The notes under the pieces: model-generated
The model's input: only the letters and a program-made list of their open reading frames with translations
Databases searched by the model: none
Told to the model about the DNA's origin: nothing
From: Candidatus Binataceae bacterium
GTDB lineage: Bacteria > Desulfobacterota > Binatia > Binatales > Binataceae
DNA length: 64,000 nucleotides
NCBI GenBank assembly: GCA_963803045.1
Contig: CAWDLC010000036.1
Span: 1,545-65,544 of the forward strand
Direction of reading: 5' to 3'
Shown: positions 14,303 through 25,554 of the stretch, piece after piece
How the letters are laid out: every line of letters starts with the position of its first letter
Numbering within the stretch: the first letter of the stretch is position 1
Made by a program: the position numbers and the translations under genes

Positions 14303-14388
14303 GGAGATTTTAGCCCTGCTTAGCCACTTCTTGACCGATTTCATGGTGGGCTTTTTGCTTCCGCGGTCCGCAAATTACTCTGACATCC

Positions 14389-14417
14389 TTGACGCCGGAA
14401 GGCTTCTGGGCTATAAA
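14389..14417 (+). promoter_or_regulatory. Putative sigma70 promoter
   Basis: TTGACG-17-TATAAA, about 47 bp upstream of the GTG start. Confidence 0.6.
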
Positions 14418-14463
14418 TAAAAGTGAAGGAAATCTGTTCCAGCAACCGAGCGAGAGGAAATAC

Positions 14464-15907
14464 GTGGTGGCCAAATTCCCTAAAAATAAAAAACCGCGTA
14501 CCATTGAAGAATTAAAAAAGGCGGACTACACCGTTCTGACGGTCAAGGAGGAAATGCGTAAAAACCTGATCGCCAAGATCCGTAAAGATGAAGAGCTTTT
14601 CCCCGGGATCGTCGGATATGAGGAGACGGTCATCCCCCAATTGGAAAACGCCATCCTTTCCGGCCAGGATATCATCTTCCTGGGCGAGCGCGGGCAGGCC
14701 AAGACCCGCATGATGCGCAGCCTGGTCAACCTGCTCGACGAAGAAATTCCGGCCATGGCCGGATGCGAGATCAATGACAACCCTTTCCAGCCCATCTGCA
14801 AGAGCTGCCAGGAAAAGCTCAAGACGCGAGGGGAACCGGGCAGAGATCGTCTGGCTGGGCCGGGAGCAGCGATACGGAGAGAAACTGGCCACCCCGGATG
14901 TGACCATCGCCGACCTCATCGGGGAGGTGGACCCCATCAAGGTTGCCGAAGGCCGCTACCTCTCCGATGAACTGACCATCCATTACGGACTCATCCCCCG
15001 CACCAATCGCGGGATTTTTGCCATCAACGAACTTCCCGACCTGGGGGAGAAGATTCAGGTGGGGCTCTTCAACATCATGGAAGAACGGGATGTCCAGGTC
15101 CGGGGATACAAGATCCGCCTTCCCCTGGACGTTTACATCGTGGCCAGCGCCAACCCCGAAGACTACACCAACCGCGGCCGGATCATTACGCCCCTCAAAG
15201 ACCGCTATGGTTCGGAGATCCGCACCCATTACCCCCGGTCCCTGGAGGCCGAAATCAAGATCATGGAACAGCGAGCGGACCCACTTCGATGACGATGGCG
15301 CTTTCCAGACCACCATTCCCCCCTACTTCAAGGAAATCATCGCCGAGATCACGGCCCTGGCCCGCAAGTCCCCGGAGATCAACCAGCGCTCCGGCGTTTC
15401 GGTGCGGGTTTCCATCTCCAATTATGAAAATGTCATCAGCAATGCCCTGCGCCGGGCCATCCGCCTGGGCGAGCGCGAAGTCGTCCCCCGGGTCAGCGAT
15501 CTTCCCTACCTGGTCGCTTCCACCGGCGGAAAGATCGAGTTGGAAACCGTCGATGAAGACCGGGGCGAAAGCCTGATCGAAAAATTGATTGCCAAGGCCG
15601 TCCTCAACACCTTCAACCGCTATTTCCAGGTCCAGCAATTCGACGATTTTCTGTCCCGGTTCAAAGGCGGATGGTCGGTCGAAGTTTCGGAGGGGATGAA
15701 ATCCTCCGCCTATGAAGAGAAGGCCCACGGAAGCCCAGCCCCACTCCGCGGAAATGAGAGGCCTGCTGGAAGCGCTTGAAGAAACTCCAGTGCGATAAAA
15801 GCCCGGCCACCCTGGCCTCGGGACTGGAGTTCATCCTCGAAGGCCTGTACCTCCATCGGAGGTTGAACAAAGAGAAGTTGCCCGGCAAAATCGCCTACCG
15901 GGCTTAA
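14464..15907 (+). CDS. Magnesium chelatase subunit I-like AAA+ ATPase (frameshifted)
   Basis: [10 protein letters not shown] Walker [51 protein letters not shown]. Confidence 0.85.
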
Positions 15908-16341
15908 CCGACGAAAGTAAAGAGTGAAAAGCGCATTAAAGGGAGAATATGGAACCGTTTAAAGAACCTTCTCGGAAAAAAGTCGCCATCCGCCAAATCC
16001 CTCAATGAGCTGATGAATCTCCTCATGAAGCTCAATGCCAAGCTCCGGGAGAAGATCTCGCCCCCCGTGCCAAGAAGGAAAATGGACCCGGAAAAACGAC
16101 GGACGTGGTCATCATTATCATGAGCGCCCAGGAAGAAAAATCCCGCCGGCGAAGACCTCCCGCCGGGGAAACCCGAACCCTTGAAGAGCGATTGGATCCA
16201 GGATCTCTGCGAGGAGATCGAGCGGGGACCCTCCACCCGCGTAGGAATCGGTCCGCCCCGACTCATTCCGGTAATCTTTTTCACTCCCCTGTTCTCTCTT
16301 TTCCGGGCCTTGGCGCCATGGCGCCGGCCAGAAAAATCATC

Positions 16342-16371
16342 TTGACAAAGACTCTCCTTTTTTAATATCAT
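16342..16371 (+). promoter_or_regulatory. Putative sigma70 promoter of the ABC transporter operon
   Basis: TTGACA-18-TATCAT. Confidence 0.6.
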
Positions 16372-16453
16372 CCCTCCCGTTTGTGGCCCCATTCCCTTCG
16401 GTCGAAAATCGGATAAATCAAGGATCAAAAATTTAATGAAGGAGGAGAACGCA

Positions 16454-17751
16454 ATGAAAAAGATTCTTCGTGGTCCTTCTGATCCTTTCCTTATGCCTCG
16501 CCCTGCAATCTCCCCTCTGGGCGAAGGAAAAGCTGAAGATCGCCGTCATGCATTCCTCACGGGGTCCTTGGCCCTGGCCGGAGGACTGGCCGGGCAGCGG
16601 GGCTCCCTGGTGGCCATCGACATGTGGAATGCCCGCGGGCGGGATCTTGAACAATACGAAATCGTCCCGGTGGAGGCCGATGACCAGTCCAACCCGGACG
16701 TGGCCATCCGCGAGGCCGAGCGACTGATCAACGTGGAAAAAGTGCCGGTTATTCTGGGGATTTATTCCAGCTCCATCGCCGTTCCCCTCGCTCCGATTTG
16801 TGATAAGAACAAGACCATCTTCTGGATCACCATCGCCATCTCCGACAAAGTCGTGGAAGACCGGCATTTGCAATATGTCTTCCGGCCCCAGCCCATGGGC
16901 TCCCAGTGGGGAGCAGAGCTCGATCGAATTTCTCAAAGACAATCTATCCAGACTGGGATATAAGAACCCCAGCGAGGTCAAAGTGGCGGTAACCTACGAA
17001 GACGGGCCCTACGGGGTAAGCGTTAAGACCTCCAATCTGTCCCAGGCCGAAAAATATAAGATGAAAGTCGTGTTGACCGAGGGCTACGACCACAAGACCA
17101 AGGACCTTTCTTCCCTGGTCTTGAAACTGAAAGCGGCCAAACCCGACGCCATCTTGAACACCGGCTATTACCCGGACATCGTCCTCTTCTTCCGCCAGGC
17201 CCGGGAGATGGGGTTACCGACCAAGGCCATCATCGGCCACGGCGCCGGTTATGCCAATTTCCCGAACCTGGAGAAACAGTTGGGCCGGGAGATCATCCAA
17301 TACGTCTATGACATCGACCCGGCTCCGGCTCAAGATCTGGATAAGAAAAAGTTGCAGAAGGAAATCGGCCCCATTATCGATGAATTTTTGAAGCGCTACA
17401 ACGAGAAATACAAGGAGGCGGACCCGCCCAGCCACGCGACCCAGGGATTTGGCCATGCCTGGATCCTGCTGCAGACCATCGAGCAGGCCATCAAAAAATA
17501 TGGCGCCCCCACCGCGGACAACATCCGTAAGGCGGCCCTGGAACTGGACATCCCCGAGGGAGCGACTCCCTGCGGCTACGGCGTCAAGTTTGCGCCCCCG
17601 GAGCATAAATTTGCCGGAGAGAACCTGACGTTCTTACCCGGTGATTATGCAGTGGTTGAAAGGGAAGATGGAGCTCGTTTGGCCCAATGCTTTGAAGACG
17701 ATCGATCCCAAACTACCCGCTCCGCCGGATTGGCCTTTGGCGGTGAAATAA
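16454..17751 (+). CDS. ABC transporter substrate-binding protein, LivJ/K family (frameshifted)
   Basis: Signal peptide MKK..., ADDQSNPDVAIREAERLI, ILGIYSSS, YEDGPYG, DLSSLVLKLKAAKPD. Confidence 0.9.
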
Positions 17752-17776
17752 CCAAAAAATCCCCCTTCCCCCCATC

Positions 17777-17924
17777 GAAGGTGAGAAAAAATCGGAATAT
17801 CTCCCTCACCCTACCCTCTCCCGTCACGCCAAGGCGTGAAGAGGGTAAACATATTGAAATGAGAAAAAAACCCTCCCCCCTTGAGGGGGGAGGGTGGGTG
17901 ATTCAGGGAATATTTCACACCTTC
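17777..17924. mobile_element. 148-bp MITE-like non-autonomous element
   Basis: Terminal inverted repeats GAAGGTGAGAAA / TTTCACACCTTC (11/12 match), ATC direct repeats on both flanks, internal CCCTC...GAGGG hairpins, no ORF. Confidence 0.6.
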
Positions 17925-17980
17925 ATCGCTATAGGGGGAGCCTGGGCGGATTTGATTGATGGGGAAATCGCTGACTATCG

Positions 17981-18739
17981 ATGTTAGAGATCCTTCAAGT
18001 CGATAAATTTTTCGGCGGCTTCCAGGCCCTGAAAAAGATTAACCTCCAGGTCGAGGAGGGGGAGTTTCGCGGCCTGATCGGCCCCAACGGCTCGGGAAAG
18101 ACGACCCTCTTCAACGTCATCTCGGGAGTCTACCCGGCCTCTGCCGGGCAGGTCAAATTTCTCGGCCAGGACATCACCGAGTTCACCCCCGACAAGATCT
18201 GTCACGCCGGAATCACCCGGTCCTTCCAGATCCCCCGGCCTTTCAAGGAAATGACGGTGGTGGAAAACGTGATGCTGGGAGCCCTCTTCGGCAAAGGGGC
18301 GGTCACTTCTTCCGGAGGAGGACCCGCGGTCCGAAGCCTTGAGGTGGCTGGAGTTTGTGGGGCTCAAAGTGGATGAGCGCACCATGCCCGGAGAACTCAC
18401 GGCCGGCAATCTGCGCCGCCTGGAGCTGGCCCGGGACCTGGCCACCCATCCCCAGGCTCCTACTGGCGGACGAGATCATGAGCGGCCTCGAATCAGGAAG
18501 AGATCGTCCTGGCCTCGCAGGTTCTGAAAAAAATCCGGGAGGAGATGAAGATCACCATCATCTGGGTGGAGCATATCATGACCGCCCTGATGAACCTGGT
18601 CGAGCGGGTTACCGTCTTGGATTATGGCCAGATCATCGCCGAGGGTACTCCCGCAGAGATTTCCAAGAATCCCAAAGTGATCGAAGCCTACCTGGGAGAG
18701 GAAGAGACCGCCGAGCCATGCTTGAAATTCAGAATCTGA
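17981..18739 (+). CDS. ABC transporter ATP-binding protein, LivG-like (frameshifted)
   Basis: GLIGPNGSGKTT, ITRSFQIPRPF, RRLELAR, IIWVEH, VIEAYLG. Confidence 0.9.
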
Positions 18740-19423
18740 ACGTCTATTACGGAGAATTCCAGGCCTTATTCGACGCCTCCCTTCGGGTCTCCGAGGGGGA
18801 AACCGTCATCACCGTGGGCCCCAATGGCGCGGGGAAATCCACCCTCCTCAAGACCATCTCCGGGCTGCTCCAGCCCCGTCCGGGACCATCACCTTTCTGG
18901 GAAACCGCATCGATCGGCTTCCGGCCCACGAGATCGTCGAGACTGGGGATTACCCATGTTCCCGAGGGAGGGCGGCTTTTCCCCCAGTTGACCGTCTATG
19001 AAAATCTCAAAGTGGGATCTTACCTGAAAAGGGCCCGCAGCGAGGCGGCGGCCACCCTGAAAGAAATCTACCGCCTCTTCCCCATCCTGGACGAACGGAA
19101 GAAACAGCTGGCCGACACCATGAGCGGCGGGGAACGCCAGATGCTGGCCATCGCCCGCTGTCTGATGTCCCGGCCCAAGCTGATCCTCCTCGACGAGCCT
19201 TCTTCCGGCCTGGCCCCCCGGGTCGTCTCCCGGGTATTCGGAGTTCGTCCACCAGATCAAAGCCCAGGGGTATGCGATCCTGATGGTGGAGCAGAACGTG
19301 CGCAAGGCTCTGCAGCTCTCGGACCGGGCTTACCTCATGGAGTCCGGAAGGGTACATAAAGAAGGAACGCAGCAGTCTTTTCTGGAAGACCCCTACATCA
19401 AAAAGGCTTATATCGGATTGTGA
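18718..19423 (+). CDS. ABC transporter ATP-binding protein, LivF-like (frameshifted)
   Basis: GPNGAGKSTLL, HVPEGGRLF, MSGGERQMLAIAR, LLDEPSSGLAP. Confidence 0.9.
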
Positions 19424-19426
19424 TGC

Positions 19427-20299
19427 ATGCTTGAACTTCTCCTCAACGCGCGATCAACGGTATTCTGCTCGGCGGAGTCCTGGCCCTGCTGGCCTTCGGC
19501 ATGAATCTGATCTTCGGAGTCATCAAGATCATCCACATGGCCTACGGCCAGTGCGTCATGCTCGGGCTTGTACTTAATCTATACCCTGGTGGTTCCCCTG
19601 GGACTGCCGCTTCTTCTGGCCTGCCTCATCACTCTGCCGCTCATGGGAATTGTGGGGTTTGCTCCTGCAGATGTTGGTGATCAACCCGCTGCTCAAGGCC
19701 AAAGCCAATCCCCTCACCCAGCTCCTGGCCCTCGCCGGCCTGACCATCGTCTTCGAAAATTTGGCCCAGGTGATCTGGGGCGCAGACCTGCGGGGCATCA
19801 ATGTGCAACTTCCCTCATCCACATCGGCAACATCTTCCTCCGAACCTCGAACCTCATCGCCTTCGTCGGGGCGCTTGCTGACCCTGCTGGGACTGTACCT
19901 GTTCCTGAACCGTACTTACCTCGGGCTGGCGATTCGCTCCATCGCCCAGGACCTGGACAGCGCCCGGCTCATGGGCATCAACCCCGGGCCATCTATTACC
20001 TGACCATGGCCGCCGGGGGACTTCTGACGGCCTCATCGCGGCTTTCTTCTCGCCCATCTACGCCGTCCATCCCCACTTTGGCGGCAGTTTCACCATGATG
20101 GCTTTCATCATCGTCGTCCTGGGCGGGATGGGCAATATGCTCGGAGGGTTTATCGGAGCCTTTATCATCGGCATTGTCACTTCGCTTTCCGCGGCCCTGA
20201 CCTCCACGGAAATCGCCGACATCATTGGCCCTGGTGATTTTCATCGCCGTGATCCTGGTCCGGCCCCAGGGTCTTCTGGGCATCAGGGTATCCAAGTAG
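19427..20299 (+). CDS. Branched-chain amino acid ABC permease, LivH-like (frameshifted)
   Basis: NGILLGGVLALLAFGMNLIFGV, GLAIRSIAQD..ARLMGIN, AFIIVVLGGMGN, RPQGLLG. Confidence 0.9.
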
Positions 20300-20309
20300 G
20301 AGGACTTGC

Positions 20310-21269
20310 TTGCGCACCGCGCATCGTTTTAATCATCTCTTCTCTTTGCCCTGGCCGTCTTTCCCCAATTGATTCCCTCCCCCTACCTCATCCACATCGG
20401 GACCCTGATCTTCATCTGGTCGTTCGTGACCACCGCCTGGTCCTACATGGGCCGGTTCGGTCTGGTCTCCCTGGGACACGGAGCCTTCCTCGGCCTGGGA
20501 GCTTATACCTCGACCCTGCTCTTTAATTTTTACGGCCTTTCTCCCTGGGTCGGGATGCTTCTGGGGGCTCTGGTGGCGGTTCTTTGCGCCATCCTGATCG
20601 GCTACTCCTGCTTCCGTTTCGGGGTCATCGGCGATTACTTCGCCCTGGTTACCCTGGCCCTGGGCGAGATCGTCGCCCTGACCATCATCGCTTTCCGCGA
20701 TGTAACCGGCGGATCCCTGGGCTTCACCCTAAAATCCCTGGGCACTTCCCTGCTCTACCTCCAGTCTGAGAAAAAGATTCACTTCTATTACATCTCCCTC
20801 GCCTTTCTCATCCTGGCCCTGCTCGTCTGGAAATGGATCGACCGCAGCAAAATGCAGAAAGCCCTGCGGGCCATCGGGGAAGATGAGGTCGCCGCCTCCA
20901 CCCTGGGCATCGGGATCATCCGGTACAAGATGATCATTACCATGATCAGCGCCTTCATGACCGCCATGGGCGGCGTGCTCTATGCGCAATATGTGACCTA
21001 CCTGAACCCCCATACCTCTATCGGGCGTGCCCATTTCCCTGGAGATTGCCTTCAAAGCGATTCTGGGGGGGATGTTCAACCTCTGGGGGCCGACGGTGGG
21101 TACGGCGTTGATCGTGGCGTTGGAAGAATATATCCGGGTCTCCTACGGGGGAACGTTTGTCGGCTTTTCGCAGATCATCTACGGGTTGGCCCTCGTCCTG
21201 CTGATCATCTTCCTTCCCAAGGGCATCTACGGCAGCCTCCACGATCTTTTCCAGCGCAAGAAATCCTGA
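20310..21269 (+). CDS. Branched-chain amino acid ABC permease, LivM-like (frameshifted)
   Basis: GLVSLGHGAFLGLGAY, GDYFALVTLA, ALRAIGEDEVAA, FLPKGIYG. Confidence 0.9.
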
Positions 21270-21590
21270 AGGGCTTAAGCGTTTAAAGGGATTCGGCGGT
21301 CCATTTTCAAGACGTTGAATGCATACCATTCGTCTGCCGGGAGCCTCGGGTCTTCCGCAAAGGAAGGCGGGGTCGAAGGGTTGCCCCAAAACCTCGGCTG
21401 AAGCCCGCCCGCTCCAGGGAGGGACTACCGCCTTGGAGTCCGAAGGAATCGCCCTCCCGCCGGGCCCGGGGGCTTCGCCCAAAACTGGGGATGGGCAAGG
21501 GAAAATTTCTCCTTGACACCCGCCAGGGGATCGGAATAGAAGGAAATTCTAGCCTCCGCACTGCAACCAAGAAGGTGAATTTTGGGACCC

Positions 21591-22852
21591 ATGTCCGGAA
21601 TCAGCGAAAACCCGATCATCGCGGAGAAGCAAAGATCTGCGCTATCGGTGGTTCATCATCAGCCTGGCGATCATCATCACGATGACCGTCAGCATTTACC
21701 AGTATTCCTGGTCCCTCTTCGCCTACAACATTCGGAAAGAGCTTGGTTGGTCCCTGGCCGAAATCAGCCTGGCTTTCACGATTTTTCAACTGGCCAATTT
21801 TTCCCAGCCCTTTGCCGGCGCCATTGCCGATGCCCGGGGACCAAGGGCAGTAGGAATTACGGGCGCCCTGCTGGTGGGCCTCGGCTTCCTCCTCTCTTCC
21901 CAGGTCTCATCGCCCGGGCAGCTCTGCCTTTGTTTGGCAATCGGGGGCGTCGGGGTGGGGGCCCTGACCGCGATCGCCATGGCCAGCGGGGTCAAATGGT
22001 TTCCGGACAAAAGGGGCCTGGCCTCCGGGCTGACGACGTTCGGGTACGGAGCGGGCACGGCCGTCTTCAACTGGATGATCCAGGCTTTCCTGGATGCTTT
22101 CGGGTTCCGATTGACCTTCATTTACGTGGGTCTGATCATGCTGGCGATTCTGGTCCCCGCAGCTTTGCTTTTCCGGTACCCCCGGACGGATGGAACCTCG
22201 GGCCGGCAGCCCGATCTTCCCGGCCCCTCGGGCCGTCGCGGGCTACAGCGGCGGGAGAGATGCTGCGGACCCGCCAATGGTTCGTCATTTACTTCTCCTT
22301 TACCTTCACCGTCTCCACCGTCCTGACCTTTGCGGCGCAGATGAAGATGATCGCCCATGAGTTCGCCATCCCGCAGGCCTATTTTGACCTGCTTCTGATC
22401 CTTTTCCCGTTGGGGAACGGAGTCAGCCGGATTTTCGGAGGGGTGATTGCGGATTTGATCGGAACGGAAAAGACGATGGTCATTTTTTTGCCCTGCTGGG
22501 CCTCTCCCTTCTCACCCTGATATCTTTCGGCACCAACCCGTTCATTTTTGTCGCCTCCGTCTTCCTCTGCGCGCTTCTGGGGGGCGCTCCTTTCGCCCTT
22601 TATGCCGCTATGATCGGGGATTATTTCGGAGCCAGGTATGCGACCACCAACATTGGCATCACCCAAACCGCCAAGGTCTGGGCCGGGTTGATCTCGGGCT
22701 GGCTCTGCGGCCTTCTCGTCGCCCAGACCGGTTCATATAAACTCCCCCTCCTGATCATCGCCGTATGCACTCTTGCGGCGGCCTTCTTTTCCCATCCGCG
22801 GCTGATGAAGCGACCCCGGCCCATCTGCGGACATCCCGGAGCCCCAGGGTGA
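21591..22852 (+). CDS. OFA (oxalate/formate antiporter) family MFS transporter (frameshifted)
   Basis: SIYQYSWSLF, VKWFPDKRGLASGL..GYGAG, GNGVSRIFGG, GDYFGARYATTN. Confidence 0.85.
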
Positions 22853-23045
22853 CAATCCCGCTCGGGGCGGGACCGGGCCCGCGAGCCCTTTGAGCACTTA
22901 TAAAAAGTGTGGCGAATCTTCCAGACACGACACTAATACAAAGGCATTAGATCTTTTGACTCAAATTCATTTCCCTCTCCCCTCACAATGAGAGGGAGCC
23001 TAACGTCAAAGTCCTTCTAGCGTTTGTATTCGGGTCCCAATTTCT

Positions 23046-23075
23046 TTGACACCCCGATGGCCTTCCCGCTATACT
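23046..23075 (+). promoter_or_regulatory. Putative sigma70 promoter
   Basis: TTGACA-18-TATACT upstream of the SBP gene. Confidence 0.6.
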
Positions 23076-23133
23076 CATTCCAAATGCAAATCGACCCCCC
23101 CGAAAGAGGCTCAATCTGAAAGGCAAAATAGCC

Positions 23134-24437
23134 ATGAGAAAGGCGTGGATATTGGCGGCAGGGGTCCTTCTCTGGGGGATCATGGCCGGGGAGGCCGCCG
23201 CTCAAAGGTCGGGAGGAACCTTCAATTTCTGCGCCCCCTACGGGGGAGACCTTTCCACCCTCGACGCCCACCGCAGCCCGGCGGCCCAGGACCTGTTGGT
23301 CGCCATGAATATTCATCGCAGCCTTTACAGCTGGGACCCCCGGAACAATCGTCCCAGGTTGGAGTTGGGGGAAACGGTGAAAGCCTCTTCCGACGGATTG
23401 ACGTATCGGATTTCTTTGCGCAAGGACATAAAATTCCACAACGGCCGCAAGGTCACGGCGGATGACGTCATCTGGAGTTACGAGCGGATCATGTCCCCCA
23501 GGACCGCTTCCCCGTCCGCCCCGTTTGTCCGCGTGATCAAGGGGGCCAGGGATTATGAAGAAGGCCGGGCGAATCGGATCTCCGGCCTGCAAAAGATCGA
23601 TGATGCCACCCTGGAAATCACCATGGACAAACCCCTCGACCCTTCCTACACCCTGTATGACGCCGGAACGGCCATTTTGCCCCGCGAAGAGGTGGAGAAG
23701 AAAGGCGACGCTTTCGGTTTGGACCCGGTGGGGTGCGGCCCTTTCAAATTCGTCAAATGGGTCAAGGGGAGCGAGATCGTCCTGGCGAAAAATCCGGATT
23801 TCTATGAAAAGGGAAAACCCTATCTCGACCGGCTGGTTTACAAGATCATGCCCGAGGGAGCTTCCCGGGATATCGCCTTCCGGGCGAAAGAACTGGATGC
23901 CACCCTGGTGGGCGCCACCCAGTACCCGGTTTACAGAGAAGACCCCCGGATTCCAAGAACATGGTGGAGGTCGCCGAGCTTTTCACCCGGCTGATCGGGT
24001 TCAACCCGAAATATGCGCCCTTTGCCAAAAAACAGGTGCGCCAGGCCATCAACTACGCCATCGACTCCCGGTTGATTATCCAGAAACTTCTCAAGGGCAA
24101 AGCATTCCCTTGCGTGGGGTACCTCCCCCCGACCTCACCGGCCTTCGATCCCCGGGCGAAAGGGTACGAATTCAACCCGGAAAAGGCCAGGGCGCTCATG
24201 AAAGAGGCGGGATACGAAAAAGGATTTTCCTTCGAGTGCATCGGCACGAGCAACGAGTCCTGGGGTGTGGTGGTGGTGGAGGCGATCATGCCTTTCCTGA
24301 AGCGGATCAACGTCACGGTGAAACCGCAGCAGCTCGAAGGCGCCGCCCTGGCCGACCGGGTCCGAAGAATGGATTTCCAGGCTTTTATCTGGTCCCTGTC
24401 CAGCGGTGCGGGCGGGGATCCCCTGCAGGCCCTGATC
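23134..24437 (+). CDS. Peptide/nickel ABC transporter substrate-binding protein (SBP family 5); 3' end lost at the chimeric junction
   Basis: Signal peptide, LRKDIKFHNG..TADDVIWS, PVGCGPFKF, VRQAINYAID, NPEKARALMKEAG; homology ends after GDPLQAL. Confidence 0.85.
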
Positions 24438-24626
24438 TCGATGGCCAAGGAGATCACGGACGAGATGCTCGACGTGTACACGGTCGCGGGCACCTACGAC
24501 GAGATCGCGGACAAGGTGATGCAGCGTTACGATGGGCTGCTCGACCGGGTTGCGTTTTACATTCCGTATCGCGCGGGCACCGACGACGCGCAATGGGCAA
24601 AGCTCGCAAAGCGATTCAATGGCTGA
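24438..24626 (+). CDS. C-terminal fragment of an LLM-class F420-dependent oxidoreductase
   Basis: MAKEITDEMLDVYTVAGTYDEIADKVMQRYDGLLDRVAF is typical of the LLM C-terminus. Confidence 0.7.
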   Translation, partial: SMAKEITDEMLDVYTVAGTYDEIADKVMQRYDGLLDRVAFYIPYRAGTDDAQWAKLAKRFNG

Positions 24627-24729
24627 GTTTCGCCGTTGCCGTGGCAGATTTTCGTGACCTGCTGAACAAGCGCATCCCCGGCGTTGCGCCGATGCCATCG
24701 GCGCGCGAAAGGGCTAAGCTTGATCGCGC

Positions 24730-25554
24730 ATGCGCACGGTAGTCCTCTATGCGCGTTCGCCCGATTGGCGCGCGGTAGTCGAGCGCGCCGACGAATTGAT
24801 GGCGTCGCCGGATTTTCGGGTGATCAAATCTGAAGCCCGCACGCTGGCTGGATTTCTCGACGTCCCCGGCGCCGGGCCCGCGTTCTTGAAGCGCGTCGAG
24901 GTTTCCTCATGGAGCCGCGGCGTTTACGCGCGATTTCGCGGGTCTCGCGCCGCGCGATCCCTCGCCGGCGCCGCGATGCTCCAGGCGCACGGCTTGGCGC
25001 ATCCAGAGCCGCTGGCGGCCATGGATTTGTACCAAGCGGGTGCGATTCGAGCCTCTTATCTCGTCAGCCGCGCACTCATCAACGCCGACTCTCTGAGCCG
25101 CTTTATGCTCGGTCCTGGAGAAATCAAGGGACGCGACGTGCATCGCCGCAAACAGATCTCCGATACGGTGGCCGCGCAAATCCGCCGCCTCCACGAGTCC
25201 GGTCTTTACACTCGCGATCTGCAAGAGACCAACATCATGGCCGAGGAAAACGATTCCGGCGGCTTCAAAGTTTACTTTATCGATCTCAAGGATTTCCGCC
25301 GCGCCGCCAGCGTCTCGTGGAATCGGCGAGTTCTAAACCTGGTGCATCTCGATCGCAGCATCGGGCGATTTCTCTGCCGCGCGGCGCGGCTCGATTTTCT
25401 TTACTCCTACCTGGGCCATCGGCCGGACCGCACGGCTGCGCGCAGGATGGTCGCCGAAGTTAGAGCGGCGCGCGAGTCGATCGATCGCCGCAAGCGCCGC
25501 GGCGTCCCGGCGGCGAAGCGCGTCGTGGCTCCGCTCGCCGGAGGAACTCAGTAG
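24730..25554 (+). CDS. Lipopolysaccharide kinase family protein (Kdo/WaaP/InaA-like)
   Basis: AFLKR, RGSRAARS, HPEPLA, LHESGLYTRDLQETN, FIDL, NLVHLDRS. Confidence 0.75.
   Translation: MRTVVLYARSPDWRAVVERADELMASPDFRVIKSEARTLAGFLDVPGAGPAFLKRVEVSSWSRGVYARFRGSRAARSLAGAAMLQAHGLAHPEPLAAMDLYQAGAIRASYLVSRALINADSLSRFMLGPGEIKGRDVHRRKQISDTVAAQIRRLHESGLYTRDLQETNIMAEENDSGGFKVYFIDLKDFRRAASVSWNRRVLNLVHLDRSIGRFLCRAARLDFLYSYLGHRPDRTAARRMVAEVRAARESIDRRKRRGVPAAKRVVAPLAGGTQ

Noticed and set aside
23961-24626. Apparent novel SBP-luciferase-like fusion protein
   Set aside because: It straddles the compositional breakpoint and both parts are truncated, so it is most likely an artifact.
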